From Candidatus Heimdallarchaeota archaeon (GTDB taxonomy: Archaea; Asgardarchaeota; Heimdallarchaeia; Heimdallarchaeales; Heimdallarchaeaceae): a DNA stretch of 48,188 bases. Position 1 is the stretch's first letter. Every line of letters begins with the position of its first letter. The notes under the pieces are model-generated. The model did no database searches and was not told the origin of the DNA. It worked only from the letters and a program-made list of their open reading frames with translations. Location of the stretch: the NCBI GenBank assembly GCA_030611665.1, contig JAUWPI010000002.1, forward strand, positions 1 to 48,188, written 5' to 3'. Below are positions 17,369 to 26,226 of this stretch, one piece after another. The translations under genes were made by a program, and so were the position numbers.

Positions 17369-18058
17369 ATGTCTAAAGTTATAGCAAAAAATCATGCAAT
17401 AGTTATACCAGGTGATCTTTTAGCTGAAGGACCAATTAATTATGGAGAAGGAATTGTTAAAAGAAATGGTGAATATTATTCCTCAGTAGTTGGTTTATTT
17501 CAGGATAAAGGTGATTTTATCCAAGTTAAAGCACTAAGAGGAAAGTATATCCCTCGACCTGGTGATTTAGTTATAGGAAAAGTCATAGAAGTTGGCTTAA
17601 CAAGCTGGATTGTTGATATAGGTTCGCCATATATTGCGATACTTAGTGCCAATAATGCAACAGAAAAACGCTTCGACCCAATTAATGATGACGCCAGAAA
17701 AATCTTCAGTTTAGGAGATATAATTCTCACAAAAATAGCAAGTTTTGATAGAACGAGAGATCCCTTGCTTATCACAAATGAAAGAGGATTAGGTAAACTA
17801 AGAGGGGGGCGATTAATTGAAATAGAGGCCTCTCACATACCCCGTGTTATTGGTAAAAAAGGCACTATGATCAATATGATAAAAAGATTGACTAGAACCC
17901 AAATAATCACTGGCCAAAATGGAAAGATATGGGTTAATGGAAAGAAGATAGAAGATGAATTGAAAGCAATTCAAGCGATAACAAAAATTGAGTTAGAGGC
18001 TCACACACAAGGTCTAACTGATAGAATTCGTGATATGATATCAGAGGACCAACAATAA
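17369..18058 (+). CDS. rrp4: Exosome complex RNA-binding subunit Rrp4 (S1 + KH)
   Basis: VIPGD N-terminal domain, S1-like PRPGDLVIGKVIEV, KH GKKGTMINMIKRLT, and position upstream of rrp41. Confidence 0.9.
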   Translation: MSKVIAKNHAIVIPGDLLAEGPINYGEGIVKRNGEYYSSVVGLFQDKGDFIQVKALRGKYIPRPGDLVIGKVIEVGLTSWIVDIGSPYIAILSANNATEKRFDPINDDARKIFSLGDIILTKIASFDRTRDPLLITNERGLGKLRGGRLIEIEASHIPRVIGKKGTMINMIKRLTRTQIITGQNGKIWVNGKKIEDELKAIQAITKIELEAHTQGLTDRIRDMISEDQQ

Positions 18059-18074
18059 ATTTAAGGTGATTATA

Positions 18075-18959
18075 ATGGCCGGAGACGGAAGTGTAAAACT
18101 CATAGATGAGAAAGGAATAAGATTAGATGGACGCAAAGTAGATGAATTACGTCCTGTAAATATTAAGATTGGCGTTATTAAAAACGCGGATGGTTCAGCA
18201 GAAATACGAATGGGTAAAAACATAATTGTTGCTGCAGTTTATGGACCAAGAGAATTACATCCAAAACACAGAGCACTTGCAGATAGAGCATTAATTCAGT
18301 GTTTTTATAGAATGTCTACATTTTCAGTAAGTGACAGGAAAAGCCCAGCTCCTTCAAGGAGAGAAAAAGAAATTTCCCTGGTTATCAGCAATGCATTAGC
18401 ATCTGTTATTCTAACAGAAAAATACCCAAGAACAACAATTGATGTATACTTACAGGTGTTGCAAGCTGATGGAGGAACTCGGACTGCAAGCTTAACAGCT
18501 GCCTCTGTAGCCTTAGCTGATGCAGGTATTCCTATGAAGGGGCTGATAGCTTCTGTAGCAGCTGGTTTAATCAATGGTCAAGCTGTTCTTGATCTATTTG
18601 ATATCGAGGATCAGAAGGGTTCAGGTGACTTACCCCTTGGATATTGTCCTGTACTTGATGAAATTTCTCTTCTTCAATTAGATGGTGTGTTTACTGTTAA
18701 ACAATTTGAAGATAGTCTAAACATTGCAATCAAGGGAGCTAAGGATCTTTACGAAATACAAAGAGATGCTCTTAAGCAAAAGTATACAGATATACGTGCA
18801 GAAGTAGAAGTTCCTGAAAAACCAAAAGTGGAAAAACCAAAAGCGGAAGAACCAAAAACTGAGGATCCTAAGGTCGTTCCCAAACCAGTATTAAAAGTTG
18901 AGAAACCTAAGACTGAGGACCCAAAACCTAGCAAAGATGATAAAAAAGAGGTCGAATAA
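18075..18959 (+). CDS. rrp41: Exosome complex exonuclease Rrp41 (RNase PH fold) with a K/P/E-rich C-terminal tail
   Basis: RLDGRKVDELRP, GSAEIRMGKN, ADGGTRTASLTAASVALADAGIPM. The start is the ATG at 18075 after AAGGTGA. A 53-aa tail EVEVPEKPKVEKPK...KDDKKEVE follows the RNase PH domain. Confidence 0.9.
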   Translation: MAGDGSVKLIDEKGIRLDGRKVDELRPVNIKIGVIKNADGSAEIRMGKNIIVAAVYGPRELHPKHRALADRALIQCFYRMSTFSVSDRKSPAPSRREKEISLVISNALASVILTEKYPRTTIDVYLQVLQADGGTRTASLTAASVALADAGIPMKGLIASVAAGLINGQAVLDLFDIEDQKGSGDLPLGYCPVLDEISLLQLDGVFTVKQFEDSLNIAIKGAKDLYEIQRDALKQKYTDIRAEVEVPEKPKVEKPKAEEPKTEDPKVVPKPVLKVEKPKTEDPKPSKDDKKEVE

Positions 18960-18960
18960 A

Positions 18961-19770
18961 ATGGGTGACAAATACATAATTAGTGAAATAGAAAAAGACC
19001 ACATCCTTTCATTGCTTGAACAGAAGAAAAGAATAGATGGAAGAACATTTGATGGTTTTCGAGAAATTAAAATCGAAACAAATTTTGTAGAAAAAGCAGA
19101 AGGTTCAGCAGTAATAACTGTTGGAGACACCAAAATTATTGTTGGAGTTAAAGCTACATTAGGAACACCATACCCAGATTCTCCTGAAAGTGGAGTAATA
19201 ACAACTGGTGCTGAACTCTCACCTATTGCTTCACCTTACTTTGAAAGTGGACCTCCAAGCAATGCAGCCATTGAATTAGCAAGAGTTACTGATAGAACTA
19301 TAAGAGAATCACACTGTGTTGATTTATCTAAATTATGCGTTGTTCCTGAAAAACATGTGTGGATTCTTTTCATTGATTTTTACGTGTTAAATCATGATGG
19401 TAATTTATTTGATGCTGCTGCATTAGGCGCAATGGCAGCTTTAGCAACAACAAAAATACCTAAAGTAAAAGTTCTTGATGATGGTTCCATAGAGATGCTA
19501 GACGAAAAAGAACCACTAAAGATAGATCATCATCCTGTTGCTGTAACATGCTATAAAATTGATAAGTACAAAATTTATGATCCAAATTTCAAAGAAGAGC
19601 GTGTATCTGATTCAAGAATCACAATTGGTTTTGATGAAGAGGACAGAATCGTAGCTTTGCAGAAAGGATATCAAGGAACTTACAAGCCTGCAGAGATTAT
19701 GGAAATAGTCCGTGAATCTTTGAATGTATCGAAAACTTTAAGGAAAGAGCTGATGAAATCGCTCTCGTAA
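18961..19770 (+). CDS. rrp42: Exosome complex subunit Rrp42 (inactive RNase PH fold)
   Basis: RIDGRTFDGFREI, EGSAVITVGDTKIIVGVKA, and an ATG 1 nt after the rrp41 stop. The track's upstream extension (18898) lies inside rrp41. Confidence 0.9.
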   Translation: MGDKYIISEIEKDHILSLLEQKKRIDGRTFDGFREIKIETNFVEKAEGSAVITVGDTKIIVGVKATLGTPYPDSPESGVITTGAELSPIASPYFESGPPSNAAIELARVTDRTIRESHCVDLSKLCVVPEKHVWILFIDFYVLNHDGNLFDAAALGAMAALATTKIPKVKVLDDGSIEMLDEKEPLKIDHHPVAVTCYKIDKYKIYDPNFKEERVSDSRITIGFDEEDRIVALQKGYQGTYKPAEIMEIVRESLNVSKTLRKELMKSLS

Positions 19771-19786
19771 ATAGAAGGTGTGAATC

Positions 19787-20068
19787 ATGGGTAAAACAAA
19801 AAAAGTAGGTTCAACTGGACGATTTGGTGCTCGATATGGTAGTACTATTCGAAAAAGAGTAAGGCAAATAGAGGAAAAAAGTAAATCCGTCTATAAATGT
19901 CCAGTATGTAATATGAAGACTCTAAAAAGAGTAGGTTTGGGAATTTGGGAGTGCACCAAGTGTGGAGAAAAACTTGCAGGAGGAGCTTGGGAACCCAATA
20001 CAAGTGCTGGAAGAAGTATCACAAGAAGGGTTACACGTATTACTGAAGGATTAAAAGAAGAATTTTAA
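19787..20068 (+). CDS. rpl37ae: Ribosomal protein eL43 (L37Ae)
   Basis: GRFGARYGSTIRKRV plus the zinc ribbon CPVC...CTKCGEKLAGGAW. Confidence 0.95.
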   Translation: MGKTKKVGSTGRFGARYGSTIRKRVRQIEEKSKSVYKCPVCNMKTLKRVGLGIWECTKCGEKLAGGAWEPNTSAGRSITRRVTRITEGLKEEF

Positions 20069-20145
20069 ATCTCTCTCTTTCCCTTACTATTTTATTTTTT
20101 GTTTACAACGTTTACCTTTTAATTACTATGTACTTTTTTTCTCAA

Positions 20146-20694
20146 ATGACAAAGATTGGTTTCACTACATCACGTTCTCCTGCAAACAAAACTCGTTCAT
20201 TTATACATGACATAGTTAGTATTGTTCCCCAGTCTTCAAGAGTAGCAAGAGGGTCAGCTACCATGGCTTATACAATTAATGCAATGAAAATGAAGGGATA
20301 TGAAAACGCTGTTATAGTTCACTCTGTTAAAGGAAACCCGAATTTTATGCGAATTTATGATTTAACTGACGAACCTAAAGAATTACCATTTGCCATAAAA
20401 ATTAGAGGTTTAACACTTTCCAGAGAGTATAGAAAAGAAAACAGTAGATCGAGACCAGTTTTTTCAATACTCATCTCTTCTTTAGAAAATTCATTTGAGA
20501 ATGATATTCTTAGAAAAGTTTTTCAAATCACAAATATAGGGATTGATAAGATTAAAGGAAAAAGTTACGTAACCCTATATGCCGACTATCTTGATCGAGA
20601 TGAAGGATTAATTTTTCTTGAATTTTTGGACAATAAAAACAAACAAGTAGGTCCTAGGATGAAAATAAGAATTGTTCCGAGAGAGGTAGAATGA
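20146..20694 (+). CDS. Brix-domain (Imp4-like) ribosome biogenesis protein
   Basis: IGFTTSRSPANKTRSFIHDI is the typical Brix N-terminus. The gene has the conserved position after rpl37ae in the exosome superoperon. I prefer the ATG at 20146. Confidence 0.68.
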   Translation: MTKIGFTTSRSPANKTRSFIHDIVSIVPQSSRVARGSATMAYTINAMKMKGYENAVIVHSVKGNPNFMRIYDLTDEPKELPFAIKIRGLTLSREYRKENSRSRPVFSILISSLENSFENDILRKVFQITNIGIDKIKGKSYVTLYADYLDRDEGLIFLEFLDNKNKQVGPRMKIRIVPREVE

Positions 20695-20720
20695 CATCGC
20701 CATTGTAAAGTGAGAGAAGT

Positions 20721-20996
20721 ATGAATGCTCAGTCAATAGATTCGATTAGTATGACAGTAATAATTCAAGTAACGGATAATCGGACATGTAGTTTGCTTTA
20801 TGAAACTCTTGTTTTAGAGTCCAGGTATAATCCCAACGATAGAGCACAGGCAAATTTGACAGTTGATAACAATCTTTTAATTTTAGAAATAAATGCTAAG
20901 GATCCTGTATCTGCTAGAGCTTCAATTAACTCATTCATGAAATGGATAGGCATATCGCTTCAAATTATTTCAATGACAGAAGATACAGAGAAGTAG
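20721..20996 (+). CDS. pcc1: KEOPS subunit, Pcc1 family
   Basis: LLILEINAKDPVSARASINSFMKWIGISLQII matches the Pcc1 signature (..i.A.D..alRa.vNs.lrWi). It has the conserved superoperon position. Confidence 0.65.
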   Translation: MNAQSIDSISMTVIIQVTDNRTCSLLYETLVLESRYNPNDRAQANLTVDNNLLILEINAKDPVSARASINSFMKWIGISLQIISMTEDTEK

Positions 20997-21094
20997 ATCT
21001 GTTCGATCAATCAAACTGTATCAGAATTTGACAAAATTGAAAACTTAGCACTTTTATCCAAAAAAGATAAAATAAGAGGATTTTTCTTTGTAAT

Positions 21095-23086
21095 ATGGGT
21101 CTCGAAAAACTAATCTCTTCAATCACAAAAGAATTGTCAGGAGAGAGAACAAAACAATTAACAGGCATTCTTTCACAATATCATAGGATCCAAGCAAGTA
21201 AGGAGTTTTTGGCTGCTTCGGAATATATCTATAACAAACTGAAGATGCTAGGAGATAATAATTGTCAAATCCATGAATATATAGCTGATGGCACAAAGAG
21301 AAATTATGAATGGTATGCTCCACTCTCATGGGACATTGAAGATGGAGAATTAATACAACTAGAACCGGATGAGCAGATTTTATGCAGATTTTCTGAAACT
21401 CCTGAAAGCATTTGCACGCATTCAAAGGACACTGACATTGAGGGGGAAGTTATCCACATTGGAAGTGCAAAACCAGAGGAGATCGAAGGCAAGGAAATTG
21501 GAGGAAAAATAGTTCTTACAACAGGGCAGCCTAGAGCGATGATAGACCAATTAAAGGAATTAGGAGCGATTGGTGTTATAGCTTATCCTTCAGAAGAGAG
21601 AGCCAAAGGGCACTCTGAAATGATACAATATGTTGGATTGTGGCCAAATGCGGATAACAAAGAAAAATCTACTTTTGGATTTTCTATTTCAAGAAGGGAA
21701 GCCAATAAATTAATTTTGCAAATAAATCAAAAGAAAAAAGTAATTGTTAAAGCAAAAATCAAAGCGATCCTCTATGAGGGTAACATGCATGTTTTATCGA
21801 CAAAAATAGAAGGAACTAAAAATCCCAAAGAGGAAATTATATTGATAGCTCATATTTGTCATCCAGCACCTTCAGCCAATGATAATGCTTCAGGGAGCGC
21901 TCTTTTATTCGAAGTATATAGATCATTAAAATCTATGATAGATAAAGGGACAATAGAAAAGCCTCATAGAACAATTAGATTCTTATGGGTGCCTGAATTC
22001 CATGGCACCGTTCCTTGGATCATAGAAAAAGAAAAAGAAAAAGGATTCACACCAATATTTTGTATAAATTTAGACATGGTTGGAGAGCATCCTGTTCATG
22101 TAGGTTATCCTTTTACATTTAACCAATCAAGTATTTCAACACCCTCTTATCTAAATGATGTCATTTCAGATGTGATAGAACATGTTAAGGACAATCCTGC
22201 AGCGATTGAACAAGGTGGTTGGCAATTTCCATGGAATTGTAGGATTGTTTCATATTCAGGTGGATCTGATCATATTCTTTTCAATGACGAACCATTTCGT
22301 ATCCCGTCTGTAATGTTTGGTCATCCAGATACTTTTCATCACACTAATTTAGATACAATTGAAAAAGTTGATCAGACTACATTGAAGAGAGTTGGAATTA
22401 CTACATTAGCAACAACGATTATTGGATCTAGTTTGGATAAGTATTCAGATATTATAGCAAAAGCCTATGTCACTGGATATCAAAAAAGAAAAGCTAAACT
22501 CATAAATATGGTCTCAACAGAAGTCGAAAAAACAGAAGAGTTTCAAGAAAATAAAAAATTTACTTATAGGTATATAATTGTTGAAATCATCAAAAAATTT
22601 GTTGAAAATGAGAAAAAGTCTATAGAATTAATGCAAAAACAGTTTCAATTTTCAGATAAAATGATGATTGACTTTCTCAACAACGATTTAATGCTACTAT
22701 TAAGTAATATTCTACAGTATTTTCCTGTAGTTTTTGATCAAAATATTGAAACAGAGTATAGCGTTATATTTCAACAGATACCAAAAAGAAAATGGAAAGG
22801 ACCAATTAATAGCTCGAAATTATATGAGATTATGAGTTCAAGTTTTAAACTGAAGGAATCATCACAGATATCTGATAAGCAATTAACAGAACTACAAGAA
22901 TTCTTTAAAAAATCATCCGGTGTATATGGAGGATTTATACTTGAAATCACTAATTTGATAAATAACACAAATACAAAACTCGATATACTTACATTACTAA
23001 GTTTGATAAATTGGAAAGTACTAGAATTTCAAATTCTTGAGGATATCTTGCAATTGCTTGAGTACCTTGAGTATATTGTTTTTTAA
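21095..23086 (+). CDS. M28-family aminopeptidase-like protein (PA domain + M28 core) with a helical C-terminal extension of about 200 aa
   Basis: Metal-ligand contexts HICHPAPSANDNASGSA, NLDMVGE, GGSDHILF and FHHTNLD. Confidence 0.65.
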   Translation: MGLEKLISSITKELSGERTKQLTGILSQYHRIQASKEFLAASEYIYNKLKMLGDNNCQIHEYIADGTKRNYEWYAPLSWDIEDGELIQLEPDEQILCRFSETPESICTHSKDTDIEGEVIHIGSAKPEEIEGKEIGGKIVLTTGQPRAMIDQLKELGAIGVIAYPSEERAKGHSEMIQYVGLWPNADNKEKSTFGFSISRREANKLILQINQKKKVIVKAKIKAILYEGNMHVLSTKIEGTKNPKEEIILIAHICHPAPSANDNASGSALLFEVYRSLKSMIDKGTIEKPHRTIRFLWVPEFHGTVPWIIEKEKEKGFTPIFCINLDMVGEHPVHVGYPFTFNQSSISTPSYLNDVISDVIEHVKDNPAAIEQGGWQFPWNCRIVSYSGGSDHILFNDEPFRIPSVMFGHPDTFHHTNLDTIEKVDQTTLKRVGITTLATTIIGSSLDKYSDIIAKAYVTGYQKRKAKLINMVSTEVEKTEEFQENKKFTYRYIIVEIIKKFVENEKKSIELMQKQFQFSDKMMIDFLNNDLMLLLSNILQYFPVVFDQNIETEYSVIFQQIPKRKWKGPINSSKLYEIMSSSFKLKESSQISDKQLTELQEFFKKSSGVYGGFILEITNLINNTNTKLDILTLLSLINWKVLEFQILEDILQLLEYLEYIVF

Positions 23087-23190
23087 TTTTCTTTTTTCTT
23101 CAATCTCTAGCTTCGTAACACAAAACTTCTTTCTAGCCTTTAGCAATTATTTTATATGTATATAGTATAATAGTAGTTTGTAGATTCAAG

Positions 23191-24036
23191 ATGCCAAAAG
23201 AAGATTTAAAGTCACTAGTTAATTCTGTAAATATGTTGAAAAACATGGTTGAAAGCATTGTTGCAGCTGTACAAGAGAGATTCAAAGATTATGATAATGT
23301 TGTCGTATCCTTGAAAGAAAGGTTAGACAATCTAGAATCTTCCAGTGGATCGGTTCCAACAACTCCTTCACGAGAAATTAGTTCTGACATAACAGCGAGA
23401 ACAGAAACATTAGAGAAACGATTGGACACATTGAATGAGAGACTATTGCTTATTGAAACTTCAAAAGGTGAAGTAGTTGAAGCACTCCCAACACCTGAAC
23501 CAGAAATTAAGGATGAAGTTGAATCTGTCATTACAGAAGCACCTCCGACACCAGCACCAGTTCCAGAGATAATTGAAACTTTGAAAGATTTCGAGGAACC
23601 AGTAGTGAAAGAGGAAAGCGCTGCAGTTCAACCAATTGTAGGTGTGCCTTCTATACCAACTCCAGGAGCTATTCCAACACCAGCACCTACACCTAAACCT
23701 GAAGGTACTATTGGTGTTCCAACACCTGCGGTTGAAGTAACTGCACCTCCAACAGAGGTATCTGTGCCTGCGCCTGCCCCCACTCCTGCATCACAGATTA
23801 CCGAAGCTACAGAAAGGGATGTTAGTCCTATTTCAAAGCAAGTATCAGGAGCAATTCCAACACCACCAGCGGCAGAAGAAACAATTCAACCAGAAACTGA
23901 AATTCAACCTCCTGTACCAAAAGCAGAAGAAGTGAAACCTCCTGAAGAAGGAAAGTCTGCTGAATTATTTGGAGAAGCCGTAAGTGGAGATAAAGCTGAG
24001 CTACTCAAAGCTTTGAAAAAGCTGGAAGATTTGTAA
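23191..24036 (+). CDS. Coiled-coil plus Pro/Thr/Glu-rich low-complexity protein, unknown function
   Basis: 281 aa. The N-terminal 95 aa or so are heptad-like (LKERLDNLES...LEKRLDTLNERLLLIE). A P/T/E/A-rich segment of about 160 aa with GAIPTP(A/P) repeats follows. The C-terminus is a short amphipathic helix, AELLKALKKLEDL. Confidence 0.5.
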   Translation: MPKEDLKSLVNSVNMLKNMVESIVAAVQERFKDYDNVVVSLKERLDNLESSSGSVPTTPSREISSDITARTETLEKRLDTLNERLLLIETSKGEVVEALPTPEPEIKDEVESVITEAPPTPAPVPEIIETLKDFEEPVVKEESAAVQPIVGVPSIPTPGAIPTPAPTPKPEGTIGVPTPAVEVTAPPTEVSVPAPAPTPASQITEATERDVSPISKQVSGAIPTPPAAEETIQPETEIQPPVPKAEEVKPPEEGKSAELFGEAVSGDKAELLKALKKLEDL

Positions 24037-24084
24037 ATCATTCCCGACAGTAAATTTCAAATATAGTCCTCGAACGTTTGACTA

Positions 24085-25122
24085 ATGGTAAGTTCATTAA
24101 TAGTTTACATAATAGCATTTACTGTTCCCTTATTTTTATCTGGAATAGGATTTCCTTTTTTCATCAAATTTATGCTAAAAAAAGGAATTTTTGGGATAGA
24201 CATTCACAAGAAGGAACAACCAAAAGTTGCAGAAATGGGGGGTATTGTCATAATTATCTCACTTATAATTAGTTCAGTGATAGCAATTTTAGTTGTTGAA
24301 GATTCAAAGGTACAACTTATGATCGGTATGTTCTGCATAACAATAACAATTGCTGGGATCATAGGTATCATAGATGATTTTTTGACTTTAAATGCTATAC
24401 TAAAACCAGTTCTTTTACTTATAGCTTCTGTTCCAATAATTGCTTCCACTTGGTTCAGTACCGGACCATTATACAATCCTGAACCATTATTTCCATTAAT
24501 AGGTCAAACAAGATTAACAATAGTTTACCTAATGCTCTTACCATTTGTTATTACGGTTCCTGCTAATGCAGTAAATATGATTGATGTTTTTAATGGCTCA
24601 ATGGCTACAACTACAATCATTGTCCTTATTACATCCTTTATTGCAAATATAATCATATTTGATAGAGATTATACTATTCTAGATCCAACAAATATTTTTA
24701 TACTAATGATAACTGGAGTTCTAATAGCTTTTCTAGTTTATAATCGCTATCCAGCCCGAGTTTTTGGTGGTGATTCAAGTAGTCTGACAATAGGTGCTTC
24801 TTTAGGAGCTATCGCTGTTCTAGGTCGTCTTGAAATTGTGATAATAATAGCCATTATTCCATTTATAATGAATTCCTTTGGAATAATTAGTAGTGTTAAA
24901 GGATTGTTAGAACGAAGAAAAATGGCTAGACCAACAAAGATGACGAAAGACTGGAAGATTGAATCTACCAATGATCAAAAAGCTCCAATCACATTAGTAG
25001 GATTGGTAATTCAAAAAGGCCCGTTACATGAAAAAGATGTTGTAAAAAGTTTTGGAGTTCTTACGGTTTTCAGTAGCATACTAGCAATAATAACTGCCAT
25101 ATTGATTAGAGTGGTGATTTAA
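24085..25122 (+). CDS. aglH: UDP-HexNAc:dolichyl/polyprenyl-phosphate HexNAc-1-P transferase (GT4 MraY/WecA/AglH family)
   Basis: Multi-TM protein with IGIIDDF and NAVNMIDVFNG motifs. Confidence 0.8.
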   Translation: MVSSLIVYIIAFTVPLFLSGIGFPFFIKFMLKKGIFGIDIHKKEQPKVAEMGGIVIIISLIISSVIAILVVEDSKVQLMIGMFCITITIAGIIGIIDDFLTLNAILKPVLLLIASVPIIASTWFSTGPLYNPEPLFPLIGQTRLTIVYLMLLPFVITVPANAVNMIDVFNGSMATTTIIVLITSFIANIIIFDRDYTILDPTNIFILMITGVLIAFLVYNRYPARVFGGDSSSLTIGASLGAIAVLGRLEIVIIIAIIPFIMNSFGIISSVKGLLERRKMARPTKMTKDWKIESTNDQKAPITLVGLVIQKGPLHEKDVVKSFGVLTVFSSILAIITAILIRVVI

Positions 25123-25454
25123 TGAGGTTACATAAACTAACTCCAAAACTATATAGGGTTCTTGGTCTTGAGTTATTTGTTTTTGGAACCTTCATAGGCA
25201 TTTGTGCAATTATCGACTCATTAATTGTTGGTTTCCCAGAGAATCCAAACCCCACAATCAATTTCATCATTGGTGCTTCCAAGGTAATTATTAGTATAAT
25301 ATTGATAGCTATTTGGTTATACGTTTGGTACTATATTACAAAGCGACTTATGGTTAGTAAGGAGGACATAAAGGAAGCAAAGAAAATTAAGAGAGAAAAG
25401 AAACAAGTAAAAATGCAAAAAAAGAAAGAGAAGAAAAAGAATATTAAGACTTAG
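25122..25454 (+). CDS. Small two-TM membrane protein with a Lys-rich tail
   Basis: The ATG overlaps the aglH stop (TAATG). It has two hydrophobic helices followed by KIKREKKQVKMQKKKEKKKNIKT. Confidence 0.45.
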   Translation: MRLHKLTPKLYRVLGLELFVFGTFIGICAIIDSLIVGFPENPNPTINFIIGASKVIISIILIAIWLYVWYYITKRLMVSKEDIKEAKKIKREKKQVKMQKKKEKKKNIKT

Positions 25455-26100
25455 CTTCTAACAGATACAACCTTTTCTTTAGCATGAAAAACTTCTTTGA
25501 AAACTCTAAACTTGAAATTTCATAGTCTTCGAACTGAGATTCAATTGCAAAAAGTTCGTTTTCTACGTTAAGAATTTCATCTTCTAAATGCTTCTTCTTT
25601 TCCTGATTTAGAACTCGAGTTGTAATTTGTGAGGAGTTCTTTGATTGTATATCTGCTAATTCTGTCTTCTTATTTTGTAAAATAATTGATAATTGCTCTT
25701 TCTGTGCAATTAAAGGATCCAATTGATTTTTGGGTGCTTTCCACTTTGGTCCAGTAGTAATCTTTCTAGCAGGTACTTTTGAGAACAAACGGATAACCTC
25801 TACAATCACTTGGAATAAGTGATAACTAGGTCTCCATCTGGCAAGGACTCGCATTTCAAGGAACCCTTCAGTATTGATATTTGGATGTGTTATTTGTGTT
25901 AATATTTCAATTTCTGGTGGAGAATCGGGAAATGCATTTGGTAAACTTATCTCAACTTCTACAGGAATTTCTCCTTCATCGGAAATTGCTGAAACAAAAC
26001 CTCTCCACTTTGTTAAATTTCCATCTATTGGTTCGAATGCATATGCTCGTTCCATAACAAGACTATATTCTTTCGCTAAGATACTATCTGGAATAGGCAT
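25444..26100 (-). CDS. E2-variant (UEV, no catalytic Cys) plus coiled coil plus Vps23-core/steadiness-box-like tail; TSG101/Vps23-like
   Basis: UBC-fold signature LPNAFPDSPPEIEILTQITHPNINTEGFLEMRVLARWRPSY, where the E2 active-site Cys position is occupied by non-Cys residues. The whole 218-aa protein contains no Cys. Residues from about 128 to 190 are heptad-like. The C-terminal YEISSLEFSKKFFMLKKRLYLLEA resembles the I(S/D)...F.K..R.L.r.qF..RA motif of the Vps23 core. Confidence 0.65.
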   Translation of the reverse strand: MPIPDSILAKEYSLVMERAYAFEPIDGNLTKWRGFVSAISDEGEIPVEVEISLPNAFPDSPPEIEILTQITHPNINTEGFLEMRVLARWRPSYHLFQVIVEVIRLFSKVPARKITTGPKWKAPKNQLDPLIAQKEQLSIILQNKKTELADIQSKNSSQITTRVLNQEKKKHLEDEILNVENELFAIESQFEDYEISSLEFSKKFFMLKKRLYLLEAKS

Positions 26101-26226
26101 TTTTATTTCTGACTCCTTTCGAAATATAATTGCGCAACGCCTTATTTATAGATTCGCTTTTGATTGCAATGAAAAAGTTATTTTCAATCCTTACACTTTT
26201 AAACGTAAAATGTTTTTTCGAAATTG

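Noticed and set aside
18820-18945. Short direct DNA repeats (gaaaaaccaaaag..., c.taagactgagga...) that could suggest a mini-array or CRISPR-like structure
   Set aside because: The repeats are 13-22 nt, imperfect and in frame. They encode the EKPK/EDPK tail of Rrp41. There is no repeat-spacer periodicity and no cas genes.
23986-24036. The C-terminal AELLKALKKLEDL of the Pro-rich protein read as an ESCRT-III MIM1-like motif (Leu at i, i+4, i+7)
   Set aside because: Only the Leu spacing fits. The acidic and Arg/Lys consensus positions do not fit, the N-terminal region is too short for a Snf7 core, and the pattern is common in any amphipathic helix. It is kept only as a remark, not a call.
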